Below, in pieces: positions 41,179 to 42,496 of a stretch of 42,496 bases of DNA. The stretch's first letter is position 1; each line of letters begins with the position of its first letter. The stretch spans positions 1 through 42,496 of the forward strand of contig DATFEN010000010.1 in assembly GCA_035251085.1 (NCBI GenBank), read 5' to 3'. Position numbers and translations under genes: made by a program. This DNA comes from Vicinamibacteria bacterium. GTDB taxonomy: Bacteria > Acidobacteriota > Vicinamibacteria > Fen-336. A model generated the notes under the pieces. The model had not been told where the DNA came from and made no database searches. It saw nothing but the letters and a program-made list of their open reading frames with translations.

Positions 41179-42496
41179 ATGCTCTGGCTTTCCGTGCTCC
41201 TCTCGGCCGACATCCTCGTCCTCGAGGGCGTGAACTTGATCGACGGGACAGGCGCTCCGCCGCGACCGAACGCAACGATCGTGATCTCGGGAGGCCGCAT
41301 CGCTGCCATCGGCGAGCGCGGCGAAGCAAGCCCGCCGGGGGCGGCTCGCGTCGTCGACCTGTCGGGCCGCAGCGTGATCCCGGGCCTGATCGACGCCCAT
41401 GCGCACGTCACGTTCCTTCGCCGGCCGGGCAGCGACGATCCGGATTACGACGAGGCCACGACACGCCGCGTGCTGCGCACGCTGCTGGCCTTCGGCGTGA
41501 CTGGCGCTCGCAACCCGATGGCGCCGGCGGCGGTGGGAGTCGCACTGCGCGACGCCATCGCGAGCGGCGCGGTGCTCGGCCCGCGGCTACGGACCGCTGG
41601 CGATGCGATCGACACGGGGCTCTACCCGTCACCCGAGTCCGTGCGTCGAGAGGTGGAGCGCCAGGCGGCGGTCGGGGTCGACGACGTGAAGCTCTACTCC
41701 GGCCTGCCGCCGGAGCTGACGCGTGCCGCGATCGAGGCGGCGCGCGCGCGGCACGTCGCGGTCGTCGGCCACCTCCAGGCCACCGGCTGGTCCGAGGCCG
41801 CGCGTCTCGGCATCGACTTCATCAGCCACGGCGCGCCCTGGTCGGAGGAGTGCCTGCCGGAACGCCGGCGCGCCGAATATCGCCGCGCCATCCGGCGCGA
41901 GGGCGCGATGAAGGCGCGCCTGCGCTGGCTGGAGTGGCTCGATCCCCGGGGACCCGAGGTGCGCGCGATGGTCCGCGACGTCGCGCGCCGCCGGATCCCG
42001 ATCGATCCGACGCTGATCGCGTACGAGACGAAGGTGCGCGGCGACGACGTGTTCTACACCGCCAGCCCCGACCTCGCGCTCCTGCCCGATCCGATCCTCG
42101 TCTCGTGGCGCAGTGGAACGTTCACCTCCGATTGGACGCCGGCGGACTTCGCACGAGGCCGCGCTCAGTGGCCCAAACTGCTCGAGCTGGTGCGCGTGTA
42201 CGACGAGGAGGGCGTGCCCCTCCTCGTCGGCTCCGACCTGCCGAATCCGTGGGTGGTGCCCGGGGCTGGCCTGCATCGCGAACTGGAGCTGCTCGTCTCC
42301 GCTGGGCTCCCCCCGCTGCGCGTTCTCAACATGGCGACCGGGAACGCGGCCGCGGCATTCGGCTGGGAGGATGCGGGCACACTGGAGCCCGGCAAGCGCG
42401 CCGACTTCGTCGTGCTCGAGGCCGATCCCCTGGACGACATCCGCAACACCCGGCGCATCGAGGCCGTGTACGTCGCGGGTCGCCGGCTCGTCCCCT
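41179..42496 (+). CDS. amidohydrolase-family protein, paralogous in layout to 26065..27327; 3' end lies outside the window
   Basis: My translation from ATG 41179 reads [46 protein letters not shown]...[14 protein letters not shown]...LVGSDLPN...[14 protein letters not shown]. It is open to the window edge and therefore absent from the track. Confidence 0.8.
   Translation, partial: MLWLSVLLSADILVLEGVNLIDGTGAPPRPNATIVISGGRIAAIGERGEASPPGAARVVDLSGRSVIPGLIDAHAHVTFLRRPGSDDPDYDEATTRRVLRTLLAFGVTGARNPMAPAAVGVALRDAIASGAVLGPRLRTAGDAIDTGLYPSPESVRREVERQAAVGVDDVKLYSGLPPELTRAAIEAARARHVAVVGHLQATGWSEAARLGIDFISHGAPWSEECLPERRRAEYRRAIRREGAMKARLRWLEWLDPRGPEVRAMVRDVARRRIPIDPTLIAYETKVRGDDVFYTASPDLALLPDPILVSWRSGTFTSDWTPADFARGRAQWPKLLELVRVYDEEGVPLLVGSDLPNPWVVPGAGLHRELELLVSAGLPPLRVLNMATGNAAAAFGWEDAGTLEPGKRADFVVLEADPLDDIRNTRRIEAVYVAGRRLVP

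Noticed and set aside
1-42496. CRISPR arrays, tRNA/rRNA genes, IS elements, integrases, prophage genes and large GC-deviant islands
   Set aside because: I saw no spaced repeat arrays, no T-loop or anticodon-arm-like structures in the few intergenic regions longer than 100 nt, and no transposase or integrase motifs in any frame I read. Apart from vapBC the window looks like core chromosome. This is by-eye screening only, so tRNAscan, Infernal and an IS search would be needed for certainty.

Overview
High-GC (about 70%) chromosomal segment from a diderm bacterium, judged from lipoboxes, Sec/Tat signal peptides and beta-barrel proteins ending in Phe. I support about 39 protein genes. I saw no rRNA, tRNA, CRISPR array, transposase or integrase. 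Left to right: a cNMP-binding protein (partial), an orphan moaD, an ALDH/histidine-kinase/response-regulator operon, trxB, and an envelope-glycosylation pair (GT4 and a GT-C/ArnT-like enzyme). Two convergent operons follow. Each combines a signalling protein (pseudo-receiver/GAF/HD-GYP, or DUF4388/FHA) with a paralogous sulfatase-like lipoprotein that lacks the formylglycine motif. Next come an orphan JAMM/MPN protease, a membrane-anchored M28 peptidase, and a blue-copper cupredoxin abutted to a HAMP-containing receptor Ser/Thr kinase. Then GTP-PEPCK, a four-gene OMP/amidohydrolase/M4-protease/OMP block, and a periplasmic IorAB-type molybdoenzyme with a small di-haem cytochrome c. A roughly 600-bp low-coding island holds one small Gly-Gly-terminated ORF. 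The window ends with a leucine-catabolism (liu-type) cluster: HMG-CoA lyase, MCCase alpha and beta, and a hydratase. That cluster is interrupted by a vapBC toxin-antitoxin pair and an oppositely oriented secreted M20 amidohydrolase, and its MCCase alpha gene is broken by a 1-nt frameshift in a G4 run. A recurring sequence-level signal is a TAnnnT -10 box, often as TGcTAnnnT, only 6-13 nt upstream of first-in-operon start codons with no Shine-Dalgarno. This suggests widespread leaderless or near-leaderless mRNAs. All function calls come from reading motifs in the translations by eye; no database search was possible.
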